DNA of 64,000 nucleotides from an uncultured Chloroflexia bacterium. Its GTDB lineage: Bacteria; Chloroflexota; Limnocylindria; Limnocylindrales; CSP1-4. Below, in pieces: positions 10,524-19,543 of the stretch. The stretch lies in the NCBI GenBank assembly GCA_963713075.1, contig CAVQKO010000014.1:367858-431857 (forward strand), given 5' to 3'. The position numbers were made by a program, and so were the translations under genes. Positions within the stretch are counted from its first letter, which is position 1; the number at the start of each line of letters is the position of its first letter. Under the pieces are notes generated by a model. The model made no database searches and was not told the DNA's origin. It saw only the letters and a program-made list of their open reading frames with translations.

Positions 10524-11765
10524 CTACAGGCCGAATCGGCCGATCGCCTCGTCGGCCAGCCGGGAGCCGATCGCCAGCGAGGACGTCGCGGCGGGCGAGG
10601 GCGCGTTGCGGACGTGGAGCATGCGGTCGCCGCCCGCGAGGTCGAAGTCGTCGAGCAGCGTCCCGTCACGGGCCAGCGCCTGCGCCCGGACGCCCGAGGG
10701 GCCGAAGGTGACCTGGTCGGCCAGCAGCTCGGGCAGGTAGCGCTGCATCTCGCGGACGAACGCGCCCTTCCACCAGTCGCGCCACATCTCCCCGGCGCCC
10801 GTGCGCCAGAAGCGTCGGGCGAGCCGCCGGAAGCCTGGGTCCCCGAGAACCTCGGCCAGGTCGCGGAGCGACACGTCACGCCGCCGGTAGCCGGTGCGCC
10901 GGAACGCCAGCACCGCGTTCGGCCCCGCCCAGACCTGCCCGTCGATGCGCTTCGTGAAGTGGACGCCGAGGAACGGGAAGCGCGGGTCGGGCACCGGGTA
11001 GACGAGGCCGCGGACGAGCGGGGCGGCGTCAGGCGTCAGCGTGTAGTAGTCGCCCCGGAACGGGATGATCGTCGGGCTGTCGGGGGTCCGGTCGCCGGTA
11101 AGCGCGGCGACGCGATCGGCCCACAGGCCCGCGCAGGCAATGACCGCGTGCGCCTGGACCGGGCCGCGTGGCGTGGTCAGCACGAGGCCGTCGGGGCGCC
11201 GCTCGATCGCGGTCACGGGCCGCGAGAGCTCCACCCAGCCGCCTCGCGCCCGCACGTCGTCGGCGTAGGCCTCCGTGACGAGCGCGAAGTCGGTGATCCC
11301 GGTCCTCGGGCTCCACAGGGCGCGGATGCCGCGGACGTGCGGCTCGAGCTCGCGGATGCGCTCGGGCCCCACCTCTTCCAGCCCGTCGACCCCGTTGGCG
11401 CGGCCGCGCTCCCTGAGGTCGGCGAGGCGGGGGAGCTCGGCCACGTCGAGGGCCACCACGAGCTTGCCGGGCCAGGCGATCGGGATGCCGTGATCCTCGC
11501 AGTAGCGCTCCACGAGGCCCTTGCCCTCGCGGCACAGCACGGCCTTCTGGGACCCCGGCGTGTAGTACAGGCCCGAGTGGACCACCCCGGAGTTGTGGCC
11601 GGACTGGTGCGCCGCGGCGGCGGGCTCGCGCTCGAGGACCACGAGCCGCAGCGCCGGCCGCAGCTCGAGCAGCCGCAGCGCCGTCGCGAGGCCCACGATC
11701 CCGGCCCCGATGACGACGACGTCGGCGCGCTCCGGGGCGGGGGATGGCGATCGGTCGGCGCTCAC
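10524..11765 (-). CDS. lhgO: L-2-hydroxyglutarate oxidase
   Basis: GAGIVG FAD motif, HQSGHNSGVVHSGLYY, YPVPDPRFPFLGVHFT and NAPSPAATSSLAIG. Confidence 0.9.
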   Translation of the reverse strand: MSADRSPSPAPERADVVVIGAGIVGLATALRLLELRPALRLVVLEREPAAAAHQSGHNSGVVHSGLYYTPGSQKAVLCREGKGLVERYCEDHGIPIAWPGKLVVALDVAELPRLADLRERGRANGVDGLEEVGPERIRELEPHVRGIRALWSPRTGITDFALVTEAYADDVRARGGWVELSRPVTAIERRPDGLVLTTPRGPVQAHAVIACAGLWADRVAALTGDRTPDSPTIIPFRGDYYTLTPDAAPLVRGLVYPVPDPRFPFLGVHFTKRIDGQVWAGPNAVLAFRRTGYRRRDVSLRDLAEVLGDPGFRRLARRFWRTGAGEMWRDWWKGAFVREMQRYLPELLADQVTFGPSGVRAQALARDGTLLDDFDLAGGDRMLHVRNAPSPAATSSLAIGSRLADEAIGRFGL

Positions 11766-11828
11766 GCCCGCAGCGTAGCGCGCTGGCGGAGGGGCGACGG
11801 GCGACGGGCGGCTGTGTGCGGCGGGCGG

Positions 11829-12299
11829 CTACATGCGCGCCAGGGCTGCGAGCAGGCGGTCCACGAACTCGGCCTGGGCCGGGTTCAGCCGGCGGCGCGC
11901 CTCGGCCGGGCGGGCCCACATGACACGGTCGATCTCGGGCACGATGACCGTCTGGCCGGTCTTCGGGGGCCACTCCACCTCGACCTCCATGCTCCGCAGG
12001 CGATCGGGGTCGAGGTCGCCCTCATAGGCCCAGGCGTGGACGACCTTGCCGGATCGCATCCGGACCTCGCCCAGGTCGATGGGCTGGCCACCGGGCGCGT
12101 CGTGGCCGGTCTCCTCCTCGAACTCGCGCCGGGCTGCCACGAGGAGGTCGGTCTCGCTGTCGAGCGGGGCGCCCTTCGGAACCGACCATGCGGCCGTGTC
12201 GCGGCGCGCCCAGATCGGGCCCCCGGGGTGGGCGATCAGGACCTCGACGGTGTCGCCCATGCGGCGGTAGAGCAGCAGGCCGGCAGAACGCTTGCCCAT
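11829..12299 (-). CDS. NUDIX hydrolase
   Basis: SAGLLLYR, HPGGP, WSVPKG, Nudix box AARREFEEETG and WPPKTG..PEIDR. Start set at ATG 12299. Confidence 0.88.
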   Translation of the reverse strand: MGKRSAGLLLYRRMGDTVEVLIAHPGGPIWARRDTAAWSVPKGAPLDSETDLLVAARREFEEETGHDAPGGQPIDLGEVRMRSGKVVHAWAYEGDLDPDRLRSMEVEVEWPPKTGQTVIVPEIDRVMWARPAEARRRLNPAQAEFVDRLLAALARM

Positions 12300-12364
12300 G
12301 GTGGTCCTGAGTGTGACGGGTGCGGCGCCAGATTGGGCGCCGAAGCCGCGGCGCACACGAAAGC

Positions 12365-12544
12365 GCCCGAAGGAACCATGCGCACCGCCTCGCCCGCGAC
12401 CCGACCGAGCAAGCTCGGCCCTGCCGCAGCGGCTCCAGCTCCGTTCCACCTCAACGACCTTGCGGCCACCGTGGCGGAGGCTCTAGAGACCCGGTCCGAT
12501 GATTGCTCACCGGTCCGGTGTCGGTGCCACCGGCCCCTTCGGGC
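12365..12544 (-). ncRNA. 6S RNA-like structured RNA (180 nt)
   Basis: The ends pair (GCCCGAAGGGGCC/GGUUCCUUCGGGC, then GCACCG/CGGUGC). A central bubble is flanked by two small hairpins, and a long apical stem (CUCUAG/CUGGAG, UCCGCC/GGUGGA) ends in a GCAA tetraloop. It starts 7 nt after a -10 box. Size and topology match 6S RNA. Confidence 0.72.
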
Positions 12545-12551
12545 AAGACGA

Positions 12552-12580
12552 ACCATACCCGGCCGCAGCCCGCCCTCCAA
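12552..12580 (-). promoter_or_regulatory. Sigma70-type promoter of the 6S-like RNA
   Basis: TTGGAG-N17-TATGGT on the minus strand, correctly spaced from the RNA 5' end. Confidence 0.6.
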
Positions 12581-12585
12581 TGGGG

Positions 12586-12659
12586 TTGTCCACGAGATTC
12601 GGCGGAATCGCCGGAGAGTTGTCCACGATTCGCAGCGTGCGTGGACAAGTTGTGGAGAA
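12586..12659. promoter_or_regulatory. Cluster of four DnaA-box-like 9-mers
   Basis: TTGTCCACG at 12586 and 12619 (+), TTGTCCACG at 12640-12648 (-) and TTCTCCACA at 12651-12659 (-). Each is one mismatch from the high-GC DnaA box TTGTCCACA. Confidence 0.55.
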
Positions 12660-12691
12660 GTGCGCTCGCGGCCGGGGCGTCGGGCGCCGAT

Positions 12692-13321
12692 TCATCCCTC
12701 GTCGGCCACGACGCCACGGGCGGCGCGTGCGGGCGCGACCTCGTGGTGGCGCAGGCAGCGCGCCTCGTAGGTCTCGACCGCCGCCTCGAACCCGCCGATC
12801 ACAATGAGTTGGTCGTCGACCGCCGCCGGGCGTCCGCCGACGAGGCGCTGGGTGCGCGTCGCGGTCTCGCCGCAGACCACGCAGATCGCGGTCAGCATCG
12901 TGATCTCGTCGGCCAGGGCGAGCAGTTGCGGCATCGACCCGAACGGACGGCCGGCGAAGTCGGTGTTGAGCCCTGACGCGATGACATGGCGGCCGCTCTG
13001 GCGGAGCGTCTCCACCGTCTGGACCAGGCTCGGGTGGAAGAACTGCGCCTCCTCGATCCCGATGAGGTCGACGTCGCGCTCGCGCGCGAGGGCGAGGATC
13101 TCGACCGGGTCGCCCTTGGGCACGGGCGTGCTCGGGTAGCGGGCCTTGCTGCGACTCTCCGCGTACTCGGCCGGCGAGCGGTCGTCCACGTCCGGGCGCA
13201 CGAGCAGGATGCGGCGCCGGGCGATCTCGGCGCGGCGTAGCAGGCGCAGGAGCTCGTCGGTCTTGCCTGACGACATGCACCCGGCGATGACGTGGAGCCA
13301 GGGGTCGGCGCGATACAGCAC
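12692..13321 (-). CDS. tdk: Thymidine kinase
   Basis: GCMSSGKTDEL, IEEAQFF, GLNTDFAGRPF, AICVVCG and YEARCLRH. Confidence 0.92.
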   Translation of the reverse strand: MLYRADPWLHVIAGCMSSGKTDELLRLLRRAEIARRRILLVRPDVDDRSPAEYAESRSKARYPSTPVPKGDPVEILALARERDVDLIGIEEAQFFHPSLVQTVETLRQSGRHVIASGLNTDFAGRPFGSMPQLLALADEITMLTAICVVCGETATRTQRLVGGRPAAVDDQLIVIGGFEAAVETYEARCLRHHEVAPARAARGVVADEG

Positions 13322-13389
13322 GTTCCCGATGCTACCGGCTCCCGCCGGGCTGCGGCGGACGCCTCCGCGCTCCGCGTAGCATTCGGGTC

Positions 13390-14337
13390 ATGACTCCAGC
13401 TGCCGTCCGACTCGGCATCGGCCTCAACCTGCCGACGTGGCCCCGATCCGACGGCACAGTGGCGACGTGGCCAGAGATCCGCTCGCTCGCCCGCGACGCG
13501 GAGTCGCTCGGCGTGGGGCAGCTGTGGGTTCCCGACCACCTCGTCCGCGTCCTGCCGAGTGGTCGCGTCGTGGGGTTCCGCGAGTGCTGGACCATCCTGA
13601 CGGCCACCGCCGAGGCGACGCGGCGGATCGGCATCGGACCGTTCGTCGCCTGCACGGGGTTCCGCAACCCCGGGCTGCTCGCCCGCATGGCCGACACGCT
13701 CGACGAGATCAGCGGCGGGCGCCTCGTGCTCGGGATCGGTGCCGGCGGTCCTGCCAACGACACCAGTTGGCGGATGTTCGGCTTCGACGAGGCGCGACCC
13801 GTCGGGCGGTTCGCGGAATCCGTCGAGGCGGTAGCAAGGCTCCTCCGCGGGGAGGTCGTCACGCTCGCCGGCGCGCACATCCGGCTCGAGGGCGCCACGC
13901 TTGAGCCCCGCGGCCCGCGACCGGCCGGGCTGCCGGTGTGGGTGGCCGCGAAGGGCGACCGGACGATGGACGTGGCGGCCCGCTGGGGCGACGCGGTCAA
14001 CGTCAACGTGGCCCTCGCGACCGCCGAGGACGGGGCAGCGGCGGCCGATCTCGCGGCGGCCGCGTGCGCCCGGGTGGGCCGCGACCCGGCGACGCTGGCC
14101 CTGACCGGGTGGGGCCGCATCTCGCTCGACGCTCGCGGCCACGGCGTTGCGAAGCCGGGATGGCTGTCCGGCTCGCCCGACGAGATGGCCGCGACGCTCG
14201 CGGCCATGGCCGCTGGCGGCCTCCGGCACATCTCGCTCTACATCGGCATTGACGACGACCGGAGTCCGCTGCCGGCGCTCACGTCTCGCGCCCTGTCGCG
14301 CTTCGAGCCGCTCATGGAGGCGGTCGTCGTCGCCTGA
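13390..14337 (+). CDS. LLM class flavin-dependent oxidoreductase
   Basis: LWVPDHL, ECWTILTA and FRNPGLLARMADTLDEISGGRLVLGIGAG. Confidence 0.88.
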   Translation: MTPAAVRLGIGLNLPTWPRSDGTVATWPEIRSLARDAESLGVGQLWVPDHLVRVLPSGRVVGFRECWTILTATAEATRRIGIGPFVACTGFRNPGLLARMADTLDEISGGRLVLGIGAGGPANDTSWRMFGFDEARPVGRFAESVEAVARLLRGEVVTLAGAHIRLEGATLEPRGPRPAGLPVWVAAKGDRTMDVAARWGDAVNVNVALATAEDGAAAADLAAAACARVGRDPATLALTGWGRISLDARGHGVAKPGWLSGSPDEMAATLAAMAAGGLRHISLYIGIDDDRSPLPALTSRALSRFEPLMEAVVVA

Positions 14338-14447
14338 CGTCTCGCGGTGTGCCCGGTGGTGCCCCGCCGCGCCGTCGGCGCACCGTATGCTCACGGCAGT
14401 CGCCGTCGACGGCTTCGGACGGTGGCTCGCAGAGGCCGAGGAGAGCG

Positions 14448-15071
14448 ATGTCGGGCTTCACGCCGTTTACCAGCAACTACTCCGATCTCTCAGACGAGAA
14501 CGGCTACCAGTTCGAGTTCCGGTGCGCGGTCTGCGGCTCGGGCTACCGGAGCGAGTTCCAGCGCTCGACGCTGGGCACGGCCGGCAATCTCCTCAGTGGT
14601 GCCAGCAGCCTGATCGGCGGGTTCTTCGGGAGTGCGGCCAACGCGGCCGACCGGGTGAAAGACGTCACCGATCGCGGCGCTCGCGACGACGCGCTCAAGA
14701 AGGCGTCGAACGAGATCATGCACCTCTTCACGCGCTGCCCCCGCTGCAACGAGTGGGTCGACGAGACGTGCTGGAACGCCGTGCGCGGGCTGTGCGTGAA
14801 CTGCGCGCCCAACCTGGCCTCCGAGTTGGAGGCCGAGCGCTCCGCCGTCGAGCTCCAGCAGATGCGCGAGGCGATGCAGCAGCAGACGGTCTTCTCGGGC
14901 GACACGAGCGCCAAGCAGACGGTGTGCCGGACGTGCGGCAAGCCCGTGGGCTCGGAGAAGTTCTGCTCCAACTGCGGCACGCCGACAGGCCAGAACCACT
15001 GCACCCAGTGCGGCGGCGAATTGCCGGCCGGCGCCCGCTTCTGCGGCAACTGCGGCGCGAAGTCGGGCTGA
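14448..15071 (+). CDS. Multi zinc-ribbon domain protein
   Basis: YQFEFRCAVCG, CPRC..C..CVNC and a C-terminal double zinc ribbon (CRTCG..FCSNCG..CTQCG..FCGNCG); RBS GAGGAG before ATG 14448. Confidence 0.8.
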   Translation: MSGFTPFTSNYSDLSDENGYQFEFRCAVCGSGYRSEFQRSTLGTAGNLLSGASSLIGGFFGSAANAADRVKDVTDRGARDDALKKASNEIMHLFTRCPRCNEWVDETCWNAVRGLCVNCAPNLASELEAERSAVELQQMREAMQQQTVFSGDTSAKQTVCRTCGKPVGSEKFCSNCGTPTGQNHCTQCGGELPAGARFCGNCGAKSG

Positions 15072-15214
15072 CGCCGGTCTGGTCGCCGACACTGGCTGGC
15101 CGTCCCCGGCGTCTGGCCCCGCGCCGGACCGCTCCTTCGCCGCCCGATCGGCTCCCGCGGTCCGGCCAGGCTCCGCTCTCGCCGGCGCCCCCCGGACTCG
15201 TGAGCTGTGGCCCC

Positions 15215-16825
15215 TCAGCTGACGGGCGTGCCGCAGTCCTTGCAGAAGCGCACGCCCGGGCCGAGCGCGCTGCCGCAGGCCGCACAGACGCTGGGCGCAG
15301 GACCGACCCCTGGAGCAGCCACGGCCGGCGGCGTCACCAGTTCTGCGGGCAGCGCTTCGGCCTGTGGCGCGCCTGACTCCGACGCCGGCGGTGCAGGTTC
15401 GGTCGGCGGCGTCGGCGTGGGCGCCTCGCCCCAAGCGGGCTGGGCGGGCGCGTCAGGGGCGGGAGCAGCGGCGGGCGGCTGGCCCCACGACGGCGGGACG
15501 GCGGGCGCATCGGCGCTCGGGTCGCCCGATGGCGTGGCGACCGGTGCGGTTGACGGGTCCGGCGTGGCCGGTTCGGGTGGAGGGCCTGCAGGGTCGACTT
15601 GCTGCCCCCATCCCGCGGTCGGCGGCGTCGACGTGGGCGCCTCGCCCCAAGCGGGCTGGGCGGGCGCGTCAGGGGCGGGAGCAGCGGCGGGCGGCTGGCC
15701 CCACGACGGCGGGACGGCGGGCGCAGCGGGGGCCTGGGCCCATCCGCCTGTGCCCGTCGCTGACGGCTGCTGCGGCTGACCCCAGCCCCCCGGGGCGGGC
15801 GCGGCCGGTTGGGGCGTCGACGGTGCCTGGGCCCAGCCGCCAGGTGCCGGCGCGGCCGGTTGGGGCGTCGACGGTGCCTGGGCCCAGCCGCCAGGTGCCG
15901 GCGCGGCCGGCTGGGGCGTCGACGGTGCCTTGGCCCAGCCCCCCGGGGCGGGCGAGGACGGCTGCTGCGGCTGTCCCCAGCCTTGGGTCGCGCCGCCCTG
16001 CGCCGTGCCCTGGCCGGACGAGGACGTGGCCTGCTGCAGCCACCCCGAGATCTGCTGGCCGAGGCCCGCGACCTGCTTGCCGACGTCGGACACCGTCTCG
16101 CTGACAGTGGGGGTTGGGGCCTGTGGCCCGGACTGCGGCGAACCCCAGAGCGCGCCGTTGGGACCGGTCGGCTGGGGCGGAGCGGGCGCCGGGCCTGCAG
16201 CGGGCGCCGGGCCTGGAGCGGGCGCGGCAGGTGACTGACCCCACCCGGGCACGGGGGCGGCAGGCCCAGCGGCTGGTGCAGGGGACGGGGGCGCAGTGGT
16301 TGCCGGCGGCGGCGTCGGACCCGGAGGGGTCGGCTGGCCCCAGCCCGCTGCTGCCGGCGGCTGAGCGGCAGCCTGCGGCTGGCCCCAGCCCGGGGCCGCG
16401 CCGGTCGGGATGGCGGGCGGCGCCGCGGGCACCGGGGCGGCTCCCCAGCCGGACGCAGGCGCCGGGCCGGCCGACGGGGCCGACTGGCCCCAGCCGGGCG
16501 CCGCGCCCGACCCTGGCGGCGGCGGAGCTGCCTGCGGCGCCGCGCTCGACCCCGGCGGTGGGGCTGCCTGCGGCGGCGGGGCTGCCTGCGACGGCGGGGC
16601 TGCCTGCGACGGTGCCTGCTGGTTTGTCTGGGCCGCGGCGAGGGCGGCGTTCACCGGATTGCCACAGCGCGGACAGGCGACCCAAGACGGGTCGTCGATC
16701 TGGGCCGAGCAGTTGGGGCAGCGGCCGGGCGAGAATGGGTCCTGCGCCCCGCACGAGGGGCAGGCAACCACGTCGCGCTCGATGTAGGTCCCGCAATGAG
16801 GACACGGGTGCTTGAACGTCGGCAT
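15215..16825 (-). CDS. Zinc-ribbon protein with long Pro/Gln/Ala-rich WG-repeat linker
   Basis: N-terminal CPHCG..CPSCG..CPNC..CPRCG and C-terminal CAACG..FCKDCG; repetitive GWGQ/GWAQ motifs; RBS GGGAG before ATG 16825. Confidence 0.72.
   Translation of the reverse strand: MPTFKHPCPHCGTYIERDVVACPSCGAQDPFSPGRCPNCSAQIDDPSWVACPRCGNPVNAALAAAQTNQQAPSQAAPPSQAAPPPQAAPPPGSSAAPQAAPPPPGSGAAPGWGQSAPSAGPAPASGWGAAPVPAAPPAIPTGAAPGWGQPQAAAQPPAAAGWGQPTPPGPTPPPATTAPPSPAPAAGPAAPVPGWGQSPAAPAPGPAPAAGPAPAPPQPTGPNGALWGSPQSGPQAPTPTVSETVSDVGKQVAGLGQQISGWLQQATSSSGQGTAQGGATQGWGQPQQPSSPAPGGWAKAPSTPQPAAPAPGGWAQAPSTPQPAAPAPGGWAQAPSTPQPAAPAPGGWGQPQQPSATGTGGWAQAPAAPAVPPSWGQPPAAAPAPDAPAQPAWGEAPTSTPPTAGWGQQVDPAGPPPEPATPDPSTAPVATPSGDPSADAPAVPPSWGQPPAAAPAPDAPAQPAWGEAPTPTPPTEPAPPASESGAPQAEALPAELVTPPAVAAPGVGPAPSVCAACGSALGPGVRFCKDCGTPVS
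15416..15725. repeat. 94-bp exact direct duplication within the CDS
   Basis: 15416-15509 is identical to 15632-15725. Confidence 0.85.
15781..15953. repeat. 51-bp tandem repeat, about 3.4 copies, in frame
   Basis: Units start at 15781, 15832, 15883 and 15934 and encode PSTPQPAAPAPGGWAQA. Confidence 0.85.
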
Positions 16826-16839
16826 CGAGACTTGCTCCC

Positions 16840-18180
16840 TCAGCCGGCCGAACTGCCGGCGGCTTCGCTGACCTGTGCCTCCTGATCGGCCCTGCCGGGC
16901 CACTCGGCCGAATCATCGCGCGAGACCGCGTGCCACGTCACGAGGTCGTGGAGCGCAGCCTCCCACGACGCCGCATCCCGGTGGACGAGGCGCGCGACGA
17001 ACGCCCGGCGCGCCGCGGCCAGCGACGGCAGGGCGGCGAGCGCGAGCCGGTACCGGAGCGCCGCCGGGGTCGCCAGCTGGGCGGCCGGGAGCGCGATCGG
17101 CTCTCGCAGGAACCGCGCGTCGAGCAGCGCCTCGGAGATGCCGGTCACGGCGGCCTCGAGCGCTCCGGCCGGCAGCGAGCCGGTGAAGGCAGACCGCGCC
17201 ACGACGCGGAACAGGTAGGTGGCGTGGGCGCCCTCGCTGACCAGCTCCATCGCGATCAGGTTGCCCGGCAGCCCGACGAGGAACCACACCTTGGGGCTCT
17301 CGGGCCGGCCGGGGTCCTCCGGTGCGCAGGCCAGCCACCGCGGCGCGGCGTCACCGCCGCCGACCGCGCGCAGCACCCGGTACGACTCGTCGAACGGCGG
17401 CACGCCGAGCGTGGCCGCCTCGAGCAGCGGCCACGCGTCGCCCAGCTGGGCCGCGCTGGCGGGCCGACCCTCGAGCATCAGCTGTGTCGCGCTGGACCGT
17501 GCGCCGAACGGCGCGTCGGGCACGAGGGCCGTCACGATCGCCGCTGCGTCGGCGGCCGCCCCGTCGCGGAGGGCGGTCCAGCGCCGCGCGTGCTCCGTGG
17601 CAACCGGTCCGAGCCGCAGGAGCCGAAGCGCCGGCCCGCCGTCCACCGCTGCCGGCAGGCTCGGCCCGGCCCCGCCGACGGACACCCCGCCGACCGCCGG
17701 GTCTGGCCTGACCTCGCCGATGTCCGAGCGCCGGATCCGCCGCCACGGACGACGCTCGTCGAGCGGCGCGAGGACGACCCCGCGCTGGTCGTAGGCGAGC
17801 TGGCCGACGCCCGCCTCGGGCCCGGCCTCGTACTCCACCAGGTCGATCTCGGCGTCGGGGTCGAGCGCCACCAGCCCGTCGCCCAGCCGCTGGCGGAGCC
17901 GCCCGTCGCGGAGCAGCCGGACGAGCAGCCCGGTCATGGTCCCGAACCGCCTGAACTCCCAGCGCTGGGCGCCTGGCCCCGTCCCGAGGTCGACGGTGAC
18001 GACGCCGCCGTCGACCGCGACCGCTGCGAGGTCCCGGTACCCGGCCGACCATGCCGCAGCGCCGGCCGAAGCGACGGTGAGCCCGCCGTCGTCGAGGGTC
18101 ACCTGCGCCTCGCCCGAGGCCTCGCCGGGCCGGCTCACGTCCCCGCTCAGGCGGGCGGGCAGCTGCGTGGTCACCGGCAC
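16840..18180 (-). CDS. Hypothetical protein, possibly tandem PH-like domains
   Basis: Long ORF with protein-like composition, co-oriented 14 bp upstream of the zinc-ribbon gene; two beta-rich segments each followed by a helix. The fold call is inference and the start is uncertain. Confidence 0.6.
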   Translation of the reverse strand: MPVTTQLPARLSGDVSRPGEASGEAQVTLDDGGLTVASAGAAAWSAGYRDLAAVAVDGGVVTVDLGTGPGAQRWEFRRFGTMTGLLVRLLRDGRLRQRLGDGLVALDPDAEIDLVEYEAGPEAGVGQLAYDQRGVVLAPLDERRPWRRIRRSDIGEVRPDPAVGGVSVGGAGPSLPAAVDGGPALRLLRLGPVATEHARRWTALRDGAAADAAAIVTALVPDAPFGARSSATQLMLEGRPASAAQLGDAWPLLEAATLGVPPFDESYRVLRAVGGGDAAPRWLACAPEDPGRPESPKVWFLVGLPGNLIAMELVSEGAHATYLFRVVARSAFTGSLPAGALEAAVTGISEALLDARFLREPIALPAAQLATPAALRYRLALAALPSLAAARRAFVARLVHRDAASWEAALHDLVTWHAVSRDDSAEWPGRADQEAQVSEAAGSSAG

Positions 18181-18386
18181 ATCTCCCCTGCAGAACGCGC
18201 TCGGTCGGGCGCGAACGCTCTCGCCATCGTAGCGGGCCGCGCAGCGCCCCATCGCCGGGCCGCGTCGCGCTGGTCGGAGCGTGGGCCCGCGGGATAGGCG
18301 GTGCCGGCCGGCCGGGCACGACGGGCGCCCGGCGCCGGGGGTCGCGGCGTGCCACGCTAGCGCCGATCCGACGCGCGGAGGCGCCC

Positions 18387-19379
18387 ATGGCCGATCTCGC
18401 CCCAGAGCTGCTCAACTGGCTCGACGACCGCCTGCGCCCGGGGGACGACTTCCGGGTCCGAGAGGAGCGTGCCTGGACGCGCTGGCCGCACCGCTTCCGG
18501 CAGCGGGTTGAGGTCGGGCCCGAGCGTCTCGACAGTGACGCCCTGACGACGCGCGTGGTCGGGACCACGCCGCTGGTGGTCGAGGTGCGTGATCTCGACG
18601 CGGCGCTGGAGCTGGCCGTCGGCTCCAACCGCGTCGCGAGCCTGAGCGCGATCGTGGTCGACGAGCGCGATCGCTCGGTCGCGCTGGCATGTGCGGCGTC
18701 GATCCGACCACGCAACAAGGTGTGGCTGCTCGAGGTGCTCGGCGAGGTCCTCAAGCTCCAGATCGCCGTCCCCGAACTGGGCGACCCGCGGGCCCTGGCG
18801 GAGGGATTCGGGGGGCGGCCGGATCTCGCAGCGCACCCGCTCAGCGGGCCCCGGGGTCAACCGCACCCGGAACTCGAGGTCGTGGAGGCGTACCAGCGGG
18901 CCGGGCTGGAGCCGGGGCGGATCGCCGCGGGCATCTTCGCCGCGGTCGTGGGCGACCTCGCGAGCCGGGGGGTGCCGTCGGCCGCCTACGGCACCCTGCT
19001 CACCATCGGCGCCGACACGTTCCACCTGGGCGGCCCGGCACGGATCACGCTCGAGAATGCGACCCATCCCGGGTTCGGCAACGGCCTGCTGGCCGTGCTC
19101 CGGGCGTCGGGCGCCGCCGCGGCCCGGGATGCCGCCCGAGCGGTGAACGAGCTCAATCGACGGGAGCTGTGGGACCGCCTCGACGGGCAGTCGTTCGGCG
19201 CCTGGTCGTATGACGACGCCGGCCTGGGGCACATCGTCTTCTACCCGAACCGGCTGATCCCGCGCGGCATCGCCGAGCGGCGTGCCAGGCTGATCAACGC
19301 GGCGCTCGACGAGGTCCACCGCCTCGCGTGGCTCGACCGCGTCTGGCCGGTGCTGGCCGAGTCCGGTGCGCCTTCGTGA
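18387..19379 (+). CDS. Hypothetical protein, possibly duplicated YbjN/T3SS-chaperone-like fold
   Basis: RBS GGAGG before ATG; two similar halves (AVGSNRVASLSAIVVD / AVNELNRREL..FGAWSYD). The fold call is inference. Confidence 0.6.
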   Translation: MADLAPELLNWLDDRLRPGDDFRVREERAWTRWPHRFRQRVEVGPERLDSDALTTRVVGTTPLVVEVRDLDAALELAVGSNRVASLSAIVVDERDRSVALACAASIRPRNKVWLLEVLGEVLKLQIAVPELGDPRALAEGFGGRPDLAAHPLSGPRGQPHPELEVVEAYQRAGLEPGRIAAGIFAAVVGDLASRGVPSAAYGTLLTIGADTFHLGGPARITLENATHPGFGNGLLAVLRASGAAAARDAARAVNELNRRELWDRLDGQSFGAWSYDDAGLGHIVFYPNRLIPRGIAERRARLINAALDEVHRLAWLDRVWPVLAESGAPS

Positions 19380-19543
19380 CCGGCGTCGGTGCCTCCGCCC
19401 GGTGGGCCGCCCGGCTCACCTGCACCGTCGAGCTCGCCCCCTGAGCGGCCGACGACCTGAGCCCGGGCACGATCGCGCGGTCCGTGATCGAATGGGCGCC
19501 ATCCGTCCCGCTCCCGACCCTCGCGACACCCAGGAGAGCAACC

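Noticed and set aside
12586-12659. Replication origin
   Set aside because: Only four boxes, no AT-rich unwinding element and no dnaA/dnaN neighbours.
15781-15953. Tandem repeats as a possible CRISPR array
   Set aside because: No unique spacers, the units are in-frame coding, and there are no cas genes.
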